Positions 39,755 through 50,491 of a DNA stretch of 64,000 bases are shown here, piece after piece. The stretch comes from an uncultured Alistipes sp. (GTDB lineage Bacteria > Bacteroidota > Bacteroidia > Bacteroidales > Rikenellaceae). Made by a program: the position numbers and the translations under genes. The notes under the pieces are model-generated. The model did no database searches, was not told the DNA's origin, and saw only the letters and a list, made by a program, of their open reading frames with translations. Positions within the stretch are counted from its first letter, which is position 1. Each line of letters opens with the position of its first letter. The stretch covers positions 5,341-69,340 of the forward strand of contig CALUKK010000100.1 in the NCBI GenBank assembly GCA_944321205.1, in the 5' to 3' direction.

Positions 39755-41518
39755 ATGAAATCCACACGCAGAATATATATAGCACTGCTGTCGTTGCAAG
39801 CACTGATGGCTCCGGGCTGCACCTTCCTGGAGGAAGTCCCGGAGACCTCCCTGACGCTGGAACAGATCTACGCTACCGAACAGGGCGTACGATCGGTCCT
39901 TACGGGATGTTACCAGTCCATGGCGGCATTCGACTATCGGGCCTGCACCTACTTCGAAATGGGTGTGAATTCCGTCTATCTGGCCTCGAAAACCGTGAAG
40001 GGAACGGTCTACCAGTCGGAAATCGGAGCCATCGCACCCGATAACAGCGAATATTGCAACAAGACCTTTGCGGCAATCTGGTCGACCATCAATCGGACCA
40101 ACGACCTGCTTGTCCATGTCTGGGATGCCCCCATCGACGAACAAGCCCGGAGGAACATCGCCGGAGAGGCCCACTTTTTACGGGCCATCGCCTATTTCGA
40201 TCTGGTCCGGACCTATGGACGCATGCCGCTGGTTGAGGAGCCGATTCTATCGTTCGAGGACTCGAATATTCCGCGCGCCTCCCTGCGGGAGAATTATGAC
40301 CTGATACTTTCGGATCTGCGACAGGCGGAAAAGATGATGCCCTCGAAGAGCGAACAGACCGTTGCCGGACATCCTCATGCCATGGCGGCCGCCGCCCTGA
40401 AGGCAAAGGTCTATCTGCAGATGGCCTCGCTGACCAAGGAGCATTTCGACGCCACCAAGGAAAAGGAGATCGACCGCTATACGGAGGCCGAGCAAAAGCA
40501 GTTCTACCAGAATGCCTATGATACGGCACTGCTGGTCAAACAGTCGGGACAATACAAGTTGATGCCGACGTTCGCAGAACTGTGGAACAACAAAAGCAAG
40601 AATACCGAAGAGTCGATTTTCGAAATACAGTTCGGACTCTCGGGAACGTCGGCCCGGACAACCGAGCGGACGCTCGCCGGGACAAATTCGGTCTTTGCGC
40701 CGCTCCTGGGTACGAACAACAACCAGGGACGTATCCGGGCCTCGAAGATGCTCTTCTGTGAACACTGGGCGCGATACGGAAACACCAAAAAGGTCAATGA
40801 GATCGAATCGAACCAGGAGACCGACTGCGACCCCCGGATCAATACGACCTACCTGTATTTCAACGACTATCGGCCCGATACCGGAACCGGTGGTTCGCAA
40901 AAGATATTCCCCAATATCGCCAACACCGCACAAGCCGAACAGATCTATCCCTACATCCGGAAATACTGGTACGACGATTATCGCGGAACGTGCGAATGCA
41001 ACTTTATCGTCTACCGATATGCCGACCTGCTGCTCGTGCTGGCCGAGGCCGCCAATGAATTGGGGAAAACCCAGGAGGCCATCGGATACATCAACGAAGT
41101 GGTGAATCGTGCCGCCGACGTCAACGGGAACGGGCTGCGGGACGACGAAGAGATCAAACCGGAGTCCTGGCCCCTGACGATGACTCAGGAGGAGGTACGC
41201 GAGGAGTTACGCTGGGAACGGATCTTTGAGCTGGTCGGCGAAGGGCAGGAGATGTTCGATGCAAGACGTTACGGCGTGGAGCACCTGAAAAAAATCCTCA
41301 CATTGAGCGATTACTGGGTCAACCAGATCTTTGTCCCCAAAGAAGAGGGTGGATGGGGCCTGACGGGAAACAGGCACAAGACCGAGATTGTCTACGGAGC
41401 CCGGATTACCGACGATTTCGCCAAGCAGAATCTCTTTTTCCCCTATCCCCGGCAGGAGATACAGCTCAACAACGGCATTGACAACGAAGATCAAAACTGG
41501 GGTTGGGAAAACAAATGA
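39755..41518 (+). CDS. susD: SusD/RagB family lipoprotein
   Basis: PGCTFLEE, GEAHFLRAIAYFDLVR, YRYADLLLVLAEA, ERIFELVGEG, FPYPRQEI. Confidence 0.95.
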   Translation: MKSTRRIYIALLSLQALMAPGCTFLEEVPETSLTLEQIYATEQGVRSVLTGCYQSMAAFDYRACTYFEMGVNSVYLASKTVKGTVYQSEIGAIAPDNSEYCNKTFAAIWSTINRTNDLLVHVWDAPIDEQARRNIAGEAHFLRAIAYFDLVRTYGRMPLVEEPILSFEDSNIPRASLRENYDLILSDLRQAEKMMPSKSEQTVAGHPHAMAAAALKAKVYLQMASLTKEHFDATKEKEIDRYTEAEQKQFYQNAYDTALLVKQSGQYKLMPTFAELWNNKSKNTEESIFEIQFGLSGTSARTTERTLAGTNSVFAPLLGTNNNQGRIRASKMLFCEHWARYGNTKKVNEIESNQETDCDPRINTTYLYFNDYRPDTGTGGSQKIFPNIANTAQAEQIYPYIRKYWYDDYRGTCECNFIVYRYADLLLVLAEAANELGKTQEAIGYINEVVNRAADVNGNGLRDDEEIKPESWPLTMTQEEVREELRWERIFELVGEGQEMFDARRYGVEHLKKILTLSDYWVNQIFVPKEEGGWGLTGNRHKTEIVYGARITDDFAKQNLFFPYPRQEIQLNNGIDNEDQNWGWENK

Positions 41519-41535
41519 CAAAACACGCAGACAGT

Positions 41536-43836
41536 ATGAAAAAAGCATTATGGATAGTTGCCATTTGTGGGGCAACCCTGTTTTCAGCCTGCACGAAGGA
41601 GGAGGTCGGCTTCGGCGATCTTTATAACGGAGAGTTGACGGACTACGTGATCGATCTCGAAAAGACCGACGATCTTACGCTGGATGCCTCGGCGCAGGAG
41701 ATTACGCTCCGCGTCGGTGCCAACTACTGGTGGAGCGTTGCCACGGAGTTCATCCATCAGGAAGATGAATATGAAACCGACTGGTTTGCCATACTCTCCG
41801 AGGAGGAGAGCTTCGGCAATCAACCGATCAAGGTCTCCTTTACGCGCAACATCGAGCAGCGGGAACGCTCCGTAAGACTGATCTTCTCGGCGCAGGACAA
41901 CCCGGCCATCAAGCGGGAAATCACCGTCACACAGCGTCCCGCCGAACTTTTCCTTGAGGTGGACAAGACCGAACAGCAGTTGTCGATCCTTGCTCAGCCG
42001 TTCGAGGTCGTGCTCTCGACGAGCAGTGACTGGGTACTCGAAAAACCGGACTGGATCCACGCCGACAAGATGTCGGGAACTCCGACCCGCGACGAAATCA
42101 TCGCCCTGACGGTCAATCTCAACGAAACGGGAAACAACCTCGAAGGCGAATTGATCTTCCGGTCGAAGAGCGAACCTGCCGTTGAACAAGTCATCAATGT
42201 CGTACAGTCGGGTATCTTCAAGGCTCCGCAGATCTCCGTAACGAACGGTGAAGAGCTGAAACTGACCTTCCGGACCGAAGCGGAAACCGTCTATTACATG
42301 CTCTCCGTATACCCGGAGAACGAGGATACAGAACCCCTCGTACAACAACGCATCGATTCGTTCGAGGCGACCGAAGAGTTCGATCTCACGACGCTGGATT
42401 ATGGCTCCTATGTAGGTCGCATGCGGGTCCAGGTCGCAGCCCATCTCTCGGACAACTACTACCAAACGAGCAACACGGTTACAACGCACAACTATTTCGA
42501 CGATGCATCGGGTGACGGAACCTCCGAAGAGCAGGCCTGCATCGTACGCACCGTCCGACACTTCCGCAACGTGGCAAAGGCTCTCGACCGTTACATCCGT
42601 CAAGCCGAAGATCTTGATCTGACAGGCATCTCGCCGGTTCCTGCCGGTACGGCGTCGACGCCGTTCAGCGGGACATACGACGGAAATGGCCGAAAAATCA
42701 TGAATCTCGCCTTCGAGAGTCTTTCGACCAGTGCCCCGGCCGCTCTCTTCCCCTATCTCGACGGGGTGGTCAAAAACCTGACGGCCGAAAAGTGCACCCT
42801 GACACCCCGACATGCCGTTCCGAGCGGTACGGGGTCAGCCATGTTCGTCGGCAGACTCGCCAACGGCGGAGTGGTCGACAACTGCCATCTGATCGATTGT
42901 CAGATCGAGACGGCAACCGCCAACGTGCTGATGGCCGGAATCGTGGGATACAACGACTGCGGAACAATCCGTAACTGCTCCGTTTCGGGAGGTGAAATCT
43001 CGTCATCAAAAGCCTGCACGCTGGGTGGAATCGTCGGAATCAACGGAAACACCGGAGAGGCGGCCCTGTCCCTGATCGAGAATTGCGAAAACAAGGGCAT
43101 GACCATTCGTTATACGGCCACCGGCGCGGTGAATGCCGATGTCGGAGGAATTGCCTACGCTTCGCATCATACGATCCGCGGATGTATCAATCGCGCCGAG
43201 ATCTACGGAACCCGTTTTGTCGGCGGAATTGTTGCCACACCCTCCAATACGAACGCCGATGCCAACAACCTCAGCATCGAGGCTTGCGCCAATTACGGAG
43301 CCATCCACTTCAAGCCCAATGCCACCACCTCGATTTGCGGAGGCATCATAGGGCGTCTGATCTCGGGTGGTACGGCCAACGTAGTCTCCTGTTTCAATGC
43401 CGGCACGATCTCCATCGAAGGCTCCAAGACAAACACCGTGACCGGAGGTATTGCAGGTCGCGGCAATGCCGCCCGCGTGGAGAACTGTTACAATATCGGA
43501 CAGATCATCAACAATTCGGGAGCCAACTCGGTGGTAATGGGTGGCATTTGCGGAGAAAACACCAATGCAACCGTCACGAACGTCTATTCCATCGGCACGT
43601 TCGTCAACCCCTCGAACAAGGTCGGAGCCATCACGACGAGTGCCACCACCTCAACCTATACGAACTGTTACTATCTCGATTCGCTTCCCGGCCTGGGAGG
43701 CGTCGGAGAAGCGCTCTCCGAAAGCCAGATGAAGGATCAAAACTCCTATGTCGACTGGGACTTCGACAACACCTGGGCTCTCGATGCCGGACAGAACAAC
43801 GGATATCCGACGCTGAAATGTTTTAACCTGCAATAG
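41536..43836 (+). CDS. Surface lipoprotein with two BACON-like domains and a GLUG-repeat beta-helix
   Basis: Lipobox FSAC; BACON-like W...R...Q patterns; FSGTYDGNGRKIMNL; repeated GGIVG/GGIAG...NCYN.G; C-terminal WDFDNTW...GYPTL. Confidence 0.75.
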   Translation: MKKALWIVAICGATLFSACTKEEVGFGDLYNGELTDYVIDLEKTDDLTLDASAQEITLRVGANYWWSVATEFIHQEDEYETDWFAILSEEESFGNQPIKVSFTRNIEQRERSVRLIFSAQDNPAIKREITVTQRPAELFLEVDKTEQQLSILAQPFEVVLSTSSDWVLEKPDWIHADKMSGTPTRDEIIALTVNLNETGNNLEGELIFRSKSEPAVEQVINVVQSGIFKAPQISVTNGEELKLTFRTEAETVYYMLSVYPENEDTEPLVQQRIDSFEATEEFDLTTLDYGSYVGRMRVQVAAHLSDNYYQTSNTVTTHNYFDDASGDGTSEEQACIVRTVRHFRNVAKALDRYIRQAEDLDLTGISPVPAGTASTPFSGTYDGNGRKIMNLAFESLSTSAPAALFPYLDGVVKNLTAEKCTLTPRHAVPSGTGSAMFVGRLANGGVVDNCHLIDCQIETATANVLMAGIVGYNDCGTIRNCSVSGGEISSSKACTLGGIVGINGNTGEAALSLIENCENKGMTIRYTATGAVNADVGGIAYASHHTIRGCINRAEIYGTRFVGGIVATPSNTNADANNLSIEACANYGAIHFKPNATTSICGGIIGRLISGGTANVVSCFNAGTISIEGSKTNTVTGGIAGRGNAARVENCYNIGQIINNSGANSVVMGGICGENTNATVTNVYSIGTFVNPSNKVGAITTSATTSTYTNCYYLDSLPGLGGVGEALSESQMKDQNSYVDWDFDNTWALDAGQNNGYPTLKCFNLQ

Positions 43837-43838
43837 TC

Positions 43839-45293
43839 ATGGAATACAAATTTTTACGACCAGGCATCCTGTGTACAGTCACGGCCTTCGCGGGCCTGCA
43901 TCCCGAGGCCGGCGAGGCGGCGAAGCCAAACGGAACAACAACAAAATCCGACCGGCAGAACGTTCTTCTGATCATAGTCGACGACCTGCGCACGGAGTTG
44001 AACTGCTATGGAATCCAGGATATTGTCTCCCCCAACATCGACAGGCTGGCGGCCCGGGGTGTCCGCTTCGATCAGGCCTACTGCAACGTTCCCGTATCGG
44101 GAGCATCGCGGGCCTCGTTGATGACAGGTCTGCGGCCCACGCTGAACCGCTTTGTCGACGTGAACGCCAAGATCGACAAAGAAGCCCCCGAGGCCATCAC
44201 GTTACCCGGATATTTCAAGCAAAACGGCTATGTCACCATCTCCAACAGCAAGGTTATCCATGGTCAGCACGATGCGCTCGACTCGTGGTCGAGTATCTGG
44301 AAACCGGGAGAAGACAATGCCCGGTGGCGCAACTATCTGGGACGTGAAAACAGCGAAGGCCAAAGCCAACGACACGGAGCCGAGGCCTACGAATGTCTGG
44401 AGGTCGCCGACAACGCCTATTTCGACGGCATGACGGCCGACAAGACCATCGAGGACCTGCGCAAACTCCAAAAAAGCGGACAGCCGTTTTTCCTTGCCGT
44501 GGGCATCGTCAAGCCCCATCTGCCGTTCAACGCCCCCAAAAAATATTGGGACCTGTACGACCGGGAGCAGATCGCACTGCCCGAGAACTATCGAATGGAC
44601 CGGAGTGGCTTCCCGCAACAGGCATTCCATACCTGGGGCGAATTGCGCTTCTACAAGAATATCCCGGACAAGGGCGACATCCCGGACGATGAAATCGCCC
44701 GGACTCTTATCCATGCCTACAAGGCCTGCGTTTCCTATGCCGACGCCCAGGTCGGAGCCATCCTCAACGAACTCGAGCGTCTCGGACTGGACCGCAACAC
44801 GCTTGTGGTGCTCATTGGAGATCACGGCTGGAGTCTCGGCGACCATGGACAGTGGTGCAAGCACTCCAATTTCGGAATCGTGGATCGGGCTCCGATGATT
44901 TTCTGCGGAGCCGGACTGCCGCAGGGGCGTGTCGTGAATGAGGTGGTAGAGTTCGTGGATCTCTATCCTTCGATCTGCCAATTGGCCGGTCTGCCCGTTC
45001 CCGGACAATGCCAGGGCAAGAGCCTGGCGAAACTGGCCCGCGAGGAAGATCCGGAGTGGAAAAACTCCGCCGTCGTAAAATGGCACGCAGGGGTCAGTCT
45101 GATGACCCCCCGATACCACTATACCGAGTGGCGCAATGCCGAAGAGCAGACCGTAGGCCGCATGCTGTTCGACTGCCGGACCGACCCCGAAGAGAATCAC
45201 AACGTGGCCGAAAGGGATGCGTACAAATCGGTCGTCGAATCGCTCGGCAAACAATTGGAGGCCTCGAAAGGTGTCGATTTTTATAAAAAATAA
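43839..45293 (+). CDS. Ser-type S1 sulfatase (probably S1_7)
   Basis: NVLLIIVDDLR, PVSGASRASLMTG, KPHLPFNAPKKYWDLY, GDHGWSLGDHG. Confidence 0.9.
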   Translation: MEYKFLRPGILCTVTAFAGLHPEAGEAAKPNGTTTKSDRQNVLLIIVDDLRTELNCYGIQDIVSPNIDRLAARGVRFDQAYCNVPVSGASRASLMTGLRPTLNRFVDVNAKIDKEAPEAITLPGYFKQNGYVTISNSKVIHGQHDALDSWSSIWKPGEDNARWRNYLGRENSEGQSQRHGAEAYECLEVADNAYFDGMTADKTIEDLRKLQKSGQPFFLAVGIVKPHLPFNAPKKYWDLYDREQIALPENYRMDRSGFPQQAFHTWGELRFYKNIPDKGDIPDDEIARTLIHAYKACVSYADAQVGAILNELERLGLDRNTLVVLIGDHGWSLGDHGQWCKHSNFGIVDRAPMIFCGAGLPQGRVVNEVVEFVDLYPSICQLAGLPVPGQCQGKSLAKLAREEDPEWKNSAVVKWHAGVSLMTPRYHYTEWRNAEEQTVGRMLFDCRTDPEENHNVAERDAYKSVVESLGKQLEASKGVDFYKK

Positions 45294-45307
45294 AATATTT
45301 TTGAATC

Positions 45308-46891
45308 ATGAAAAACAGTTTCTTGCTTACGGCCATTACCGGATGCGGGCTTCTTCCCTGCGGATGTTCTCAACCTGCCACGGATGCCACGCCTCAACGA
45401 CCCAATATCCTCTTCATCCTTTCCGATGACCACTCGCGGGCCGCTATCAGTGCATACGGAGGGATCAATGCCGAACTGGCTCCGACGCCGAATATCGACG
45501 CAATCGCCCAGAACGGCGCCCTTTTCAACAACATGATCTGCACCAACTCCATTTCGGGACCGAGCCGGGCCTGCATGATCACGGGCAAATACAGCACAAC
45601 CAACGGATTCTACCAGAATGAAGGTGGCATTGTCTTCGATGAATCACAGCCTACGACGCCCAAGATCCTTCAGGCCAACGGATACACGACCGCCCTGTTC
45701 GGAAAATGGCACCTCTTCACAACCCCCTCGGGTTTCGACTACTTCATGATCCACGACAATCCCGGACAACAGGGCACCTACTGGAATCCGCTCTTCAACA
45801 CCAACGGTGTCAAGGCCGTCAAGAAGGGCTATGCCACCAACATCACGGCCGATGCCGCCCTGGAGTGGCTCGACAGCCAGCGAGATCCGAACAAGCCCTT
45901 CTGCCTGATGTTGCACTTCAAGGCCCCACACCGCCCGTGGGAACCCGACACGAAATACCTCGATCTGTTCAAGGATGTCGAATTCCCCTATCCCGAGACC
46001 TTCAACGACGACTACGCTGGTCGGGAGTTGACGTTGGGCCAAAACATGGCGACCATCGAAAATCATATATCGCGCGGAGATGTCAAGATGCCCGTACCTC
46101 CCGAATTCGACAAGGAGCATGCAAAAAAATGGCTGTGGTATGGAGGGTCCGGAGACAATCAGTATTGGACGCCCGATCCGTTGATGAGCAAAGAGGAGGT
46201 CAAGAAATGGAAGTTTCAGATCTATTTGAAAAACTATCTGCGCTGCATCCGCTCTGTCGATGATAATGTCGGACGCGTGATCGGCTACCTGAAACAACAC
46301 GGACTCTATGACAATACCTTGATTATCTATATGGGCGACCAGGGCTTTTTCCTCGGAGAGCATGGACTCTACGACAAGCGTTGGATGTACGAGGAATCGC
46401 TGCAGATGCCTTGTCTGGTCAGCTATCCCGCAGGAATAAAGGCCGGAACGGTGATCGACAAACTGGGAGCCAACATCGACATTGCCCCCACCCTGCTCGA
46501 TTACGCCGGCATCCCGATCCCCGAAGATATACAGGGTGTGAGTCTGCGCCCGCTGCTCGAAGGGAAAAACGTCGATGATACCTGGCGCAAGTCGGTCTAC
46601 TACCAGTATTTCGAATATCCGAAATGGCACCGCGTACAACCGCATTACGGCGTGCGGACCGACCGCTACAAACTGATTCACTTCTACTACAACATCGACG
46701 TATGGGAGTTCTACGATCTGGAGAAAGACCCCAACGAGCTGAAAAACGAAATCAACAATCCGCAATATCGGGACGTAATCGCAACGCTGAAACAGGAACT
46801 CAAAAGATTACAAGTGCAATATGATGACGACCTGCCCTTGGAGAAGCGTCGTGAATTGACGGACCGTTACATGATCGATTACGAAGAATAA
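45308..46891 (+). CDS. Ser-type S1 sulfatase (GlcNAc-6-sulfatase-like, probably S1_11)
   Basis: PNILFILSDDH, NSISGPSRACMITG, GKWHL, HFKAPHRPW, DQGFFLGEHGLYDKRWMYEESL, HYGVRTDRYKLI. Confidence 0.9.
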   Translation: MKNSFLLTAITGCGLLPCGCSQPATDATPQRPNILFILSDDHSRAAISAYGGINAELAPTPNIDAIAQNGALFNNMICTNSISGPSRACMITGKYSTTNGFYQNEGGIVFDESQPTTPKILQANGYTTALFGKWHLFTTPSGFDYFMIHDNPGQQGTYWNPLFNTNGVKAVKKGYATNITADAALEWLDSQRDPNKPFCLMLHFKAPHRPWEPDTKYLDLFKDVEFPYPETFNDDYAGRELTLGQNMATIENHISRGDVKMPVPPEFDKEHAKKWLWYGGSGDNQYWTPDPLMSKEEVKKWKFQIYLKNYLRCIRSVDDNVGRVIGYLKQHGLYDNTLIIYMGDQGFFLGEHGLYDKRWMYEESLQMPCLVSYPAGIKAGTVIDKLGANIDIAPTLLDYAGIPIPEDIQGVSLRPLLEGKNVDDTWRKSVYYQYFEYPKWHRVQPHYGVRTDRYKLIHFYYNIDVWEFYDLEKDPNELKNEINNPQYRDVIATLKQELKRLQVQYDDDLPLEKRRELTDRYMIDYEE

Positions 46892-46899
46892 AGGCACAT

Positions 46900-49209
46900 A
46901 TGCGAACGATAAAAGCATTCATCCTGTTTTTTCTGCTGTGCGGTGCCGTACCCTGCCTGGGGGCCGCACCCCGGCAGGCTCCCTATCAGAATCCGAATCT
47001 GCCGATCGAACATCGAGTCCGCGATCTGCTGTCGCGCATGACACTTGAAGAGAAAGTCGGACAAATGTCGCAATATGTCGGAATCGAACACATCAGGCAA
47101 ACTACGGCCAGGTTCGGAAACACGCTGCGGAAAAACAACGACGCAAACGGCATGTACAAGGATTTGTCCATCGCTCAGCTTGAACAGTTGACCGAACAGG
47201 GTCTCGTGGGATCATTCCTTCACGTTGTGACACCCCAGGAGGCCAATCGGCTGCAGGCCCTGGCCCGCAAAAGCCGATTGCAAATCCCCCTGTTGATCGG
47301 CATCGATGCCATCCACGGCAATGCCCTGGTTTCGGGATGTACCGTATACCCCTCCCCGCTGACCCTGGCGGCAAGTTTCGACCCCGACGCGGCATACGTC
47401 ATGGCCCGGCAAACGGCAGCCGAAATGCGGGCCACCGGCTCCCAATGGACCTTTACGCCCAACGTCGACATCGCTCGGGACGCCCGTTGGGGACGAATCG
47501 GCGAAACATTTGGCGAGGACCCCTGGCTGGTAACATGTATGGGAATGGCCTGCGTCAGGGGATTCCAGGGCGATACGCTTTCCCCCGAAGGAGTGCTGGC
47601 CTGCGCCAAGCATCTGATTGCCGGAGGTGAACCGGCCAATGGAACCAATGCCTCTCCGATGGATGTGTCGGAACGTACGTTGCGCGAGGTGCATCTGCCT
47701 CCCTACAAGGCCTTGATCGAACAGACGCACGTTGGCTCCATCATGTTGGCTCACAACGAACTGAACGGTGAACCGTGCCATGCCTCATCCTGGCTGATGG
47801 AGGATATCATGCGGGGAGAGTATGGCTTTAAGGGTTTTTTCGTCAGCGACTGGCTCGACGTCTACCGCATCTACAACATGCACCATACGGCTGAAACACT
47901 CGACGACGCCGTTTGCCAAAGTGTAAACGCCGGTCTGGACATGAACATGCACGGTCCCGAATTTTACCGCTCCGTCCTTGCCATGGCACGGGCCGGAAAG
48001 ATCTCCGAAGAGCGGATCAATCAGGCCGTGTCGTACATTCTCGAGGCTAAATTCAGACTGGGACTCTTCGAACAGCCCTTCGTGGATTTGTCCCAGGCCG
48101 AAACGCGAGTCTTCACGCCGGAACATCAAAATACGGCCCTCAAATTGGCCGAAGAGTCGATCGTCCTGCTCAAGAACCGTGAAGATCTGCTGCCGCTGGA
48201 CCTGTCGAAATACAACCGTATTCTGGTGACAGGGCCCAATGCGGACAATCAGTCGGTCCTGGGAGACTGGGTTCTGCCTCAACCCGACGAACGGGTCATT
48301 ACGATTCTGGAAGGGCTCCGGGAGGTTGCAGGATCCAAGATCCGCTATTACGATTACGGGGACGATGTTCGCGCCACCGATACGACAAAGGTTCTCGAGG
48401 CGGCAGCAATGGCCGCCCAATGTGATCTTGCCGTGGTCGTCGTGGGCGAGAACCCGATGCGGTATCAGAAAATCCGGACAACGGGTGAGAACACCGACCG
48501 GATGAGCCTCGATCTGATCGGACTTCAAGAGGAGCTGGTAAAACGCATCCATGCCACCGGAACCCCCGTCATCGTCGTTCTGGTCGGAGCCAGACCTCTG
48601 AGTATCAACTGGATTGACGAACATGTCCCGGCAATCATTCAAGCCTGGGAGCCGGGATCGTTCGCCGGCCGCGCCGTTGCCAACATCCTGACGGGACGAG
48701 TCAATCCGTCTGCCAAACTGCCGGTCACGGTTCCGCGTCATGTAGGACAGATCCAGATGATCTACAACCACAAACCGTCGCAGTATTTCCACAACTACAA
48801 GGATGGAGACTCTTCGCCGCTCTATGCCTTCGGCTATGGACTGAGCTACACCACCTTCTCCTATTCGGAGCCACGCGTCGACAAAACAGCCATTCCCGCC
48901 GACGGTTCCTGTACGATCCGTTTTGAACTCACCAACACCGGATCACGGGCCGGGACCGAAATCATCCAGCTCTACATTCGCGACCTGTACAGCAGTTATA
49001 CCCGACCGGTCAAGGAGTTGAAGGATTTCGCACGCATACACCTCGAGCCCGGCGAAACAAAGAGCGTAACATTCGTCATCACCCCCGACAAACTGGCCTG
49101 TTTGGATCGGGACATGAAGCAACATGTTGAAAAAGGGGATTTCGAGATCATGATCGGGGGCTCATCCCGGGATCAGGATCTACAAAAAATCCGGATCAAG
49201 GTAATATAA
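46900..49209 (+). CDS. GH3 beta-glycosidase (beta-xylosidase/glucosidase)
   Basis: MTLEEKVGQM, DAIHG, RDARWGRIGETFGEDP, CAKH, VSDW nucleophile, FGYGLSYTTF, Fn3-like C-terminus. Confidence 0.93.
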   Translation: MRTIKAFILFFLLCGAVPCLGAAPRQAPYQNPNLPIEHRVRDLLSRMTLEEKVGQMSQYVGIEHIRQTTARFGNTLRKNNDANGMYKDLSIAQLEQLTEQGLVGSFLHVVTPQEANRLQALARKSRLQIPLLIGIDAIHGNALVSGCTVYPSPLTLAASFDPDAAYVMARQTAAEMRATGSQWTFTPNVDIARDARWGRIGETFGEDPWLVTCMGMACVRGFQGDTLSPEGVLACAKHLIAGGEPANGTNASPMDVSERTLREVHLPPYKALIEQTHVGSIMLAHNELNGEPCHASSWLMEDIMRGEYGFKGFFVSDWLDVYRIYNMHHTAETLDDAVCQSVNAGLDMNMHGPEFYRSVLAMARAGKISEERINQAVSYILEAKFRLGLFEQPFVDLSQAETRVFTPEHQNTALKLAEESIVLLKNREDLLPLDLSKYNRILVTGPNADNQSVLGDWVLPQPDERVITILEGLREVAGSKIRYYDYGDDVRATDTTKVLEAAAMAAQCDLAVVVVGENPMRYQKIRTTGENTDRMSLDLIGLQEELVKRIHATGTPVIVVLVGARPLSINWIDEHVPAIIQAWEPGSFAGRAVANILTGRVNPSAKLPVTVPRHVGQIQMIYNHKPSQYFHNYKDGDSSPLYAFGYGLSYTTFSYSEPRVDKTAIPADGSCTIRFELTNTGSRAGTEIIQLYIRDLYSSYTRPVKELKDFARIHLEPGETKSVTFVITPDKLACLDRDMKQHVEKGDFEIMIGGSSRDQDLQKIRIKVI

Positions 49210-49236
49210 CTTCATCAAAAAGAACAACATCACCCC

Positions 49237-50463
49237 ATGAAGAGGTTGCTCAATCTGTTTTTGTTGCTGACACTCGGCGCGGCCTCGTGCTCGGCAAAAC
49301 CCTCGGACGCGACTCGCAAGGATCCAGACTCCCGACTCTCGATCCGGGAGATTCTGGAGAAGTATTATTCCGACAAGTATTTTTTTGTCGGAGCCTCGGC
49401 CCGGACGGATTATCTCGATGAGTCCGGAGCACAATACAACCGCTGGATCAAGGAGTTCGCGTATAACACCCCGGAAAATGACTTCAAACAATCAAAAGTC
49501 TACGCTGAACCCGGAGCACGCTGGCGCAATGAGGATTATCTGCGACACATCGAGATCGCACGGCATCACGGACAGGTCATTCGGGCCCACGGACCCATTT
49601 CGCCACAATGCTCGAAGTGGGTCAAAGAGGACAACCGAACTCCCGAAGAACTCGAAGAGGTCCTGTACACCTTCATGGAGGGTTTGAGCAAGGAGGTACA
49701 AGCCAACCATGATGTGGTAAAATGGATGGATGTCGTGAACGAAACCTTCTGCGGCTCAAGAATGAAAGGCCTGGGGTACGATGCCTCCTCACCGACCAAT
49801 ACCGTGACGTACGAAGCCGACGAATGGTTCGGGCCTCGTGCGGGCGTGAACAGTTGGGAGAATCCCTGGCCGATTCTCGGATTCGAAACTGCCGTAATGG
49901 ATCACGAAACGTTCGAAATACCGAAATACATCCGCATGGCCTTTGAAACGGCACAACGCAACGCCCCCGATGTCAAGCTCATCTACAACGAACACGGCAA
50001 AACCATGCTCCCGACACTGTGGGAGAAGTTGCGGAAAACGGTTCTTTACCTGCGTTCACAACAGATCCGGGTCGACGGAATCGGCTGGCAGGCCCACATC
50101 AAGCTGGGATGGGAGCAGGATCCCGAGAATCTTCAAAGTCTCCGTGAAATGATCTCGTGGTGCCACGAGAACAATCTAGAATTCCACATTACCGAACTCG
50201 ATGTAACGGTTGCGACCAATGATGACGCAATGAATACCGCCCGTCTGAAGGAAACCCGCGAACAACAGGCTGCAACAATTTGTGCCGTTGTGGAGATCCT
50301 GTTGCAACATATCGGGAAAGGTGCCTGTGCCATAAACTTCTGGACCATGACGGATCGTTTCAGAGAGGGAACCACGTTCGCCTCACTCTTTGATACAGAG
50401 GCCAATCCTCAACCGGCATATTATCAGGTCAAGGATCTGCTGCTCAAATACGCCGATCAATGA
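49237..50463 (+). CDS. GH10 endo-beta-1,4-xylanase-like lipoprotein
   Basis: TPENDFK, DVVNE (acid/base), LIYNE, DGIGWQAH, ITELDV (nucleophile); lipobox AASC. Confidence 0.85.
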   Translation: MKRLLNLFLLLTLGAASCSAKPSDATRKDPDSRLSIREILEKYYSDKYFFVGASARTDYLDESGAQYNRWIKEFAYNTPENDFKQSKVYAEPGARWRNEDYLRHIEIARHHGQVIRAHGPISPQCSKWVKEDNRTPEELEEVLYTFMEGLSKEVQANHDVVKWMDVVNETFCGSRMKGLGYDASSPTNTVTYEADEWFGPRAGVNSWENPWPILGFETAVMDHETFEIPKYIRMAFETAQRNAPDVKLIYNEHGKTMLPTLWEKLRKTVLYLRSQQIRVDGIGWQAHIKLGWEQDPENLQSLREMISWCHENNLEFHITELDVTVATNDDAMNTARLKETREQQAATICAVVEILLQHIGKGACAINFWTMTDRFREGTTFASLFDTEANPQPAYYQVKDLLLKYADQ

Positions 50464-50491
50464 CATTGTCTCCTTATAAATCGGAAAAGCC

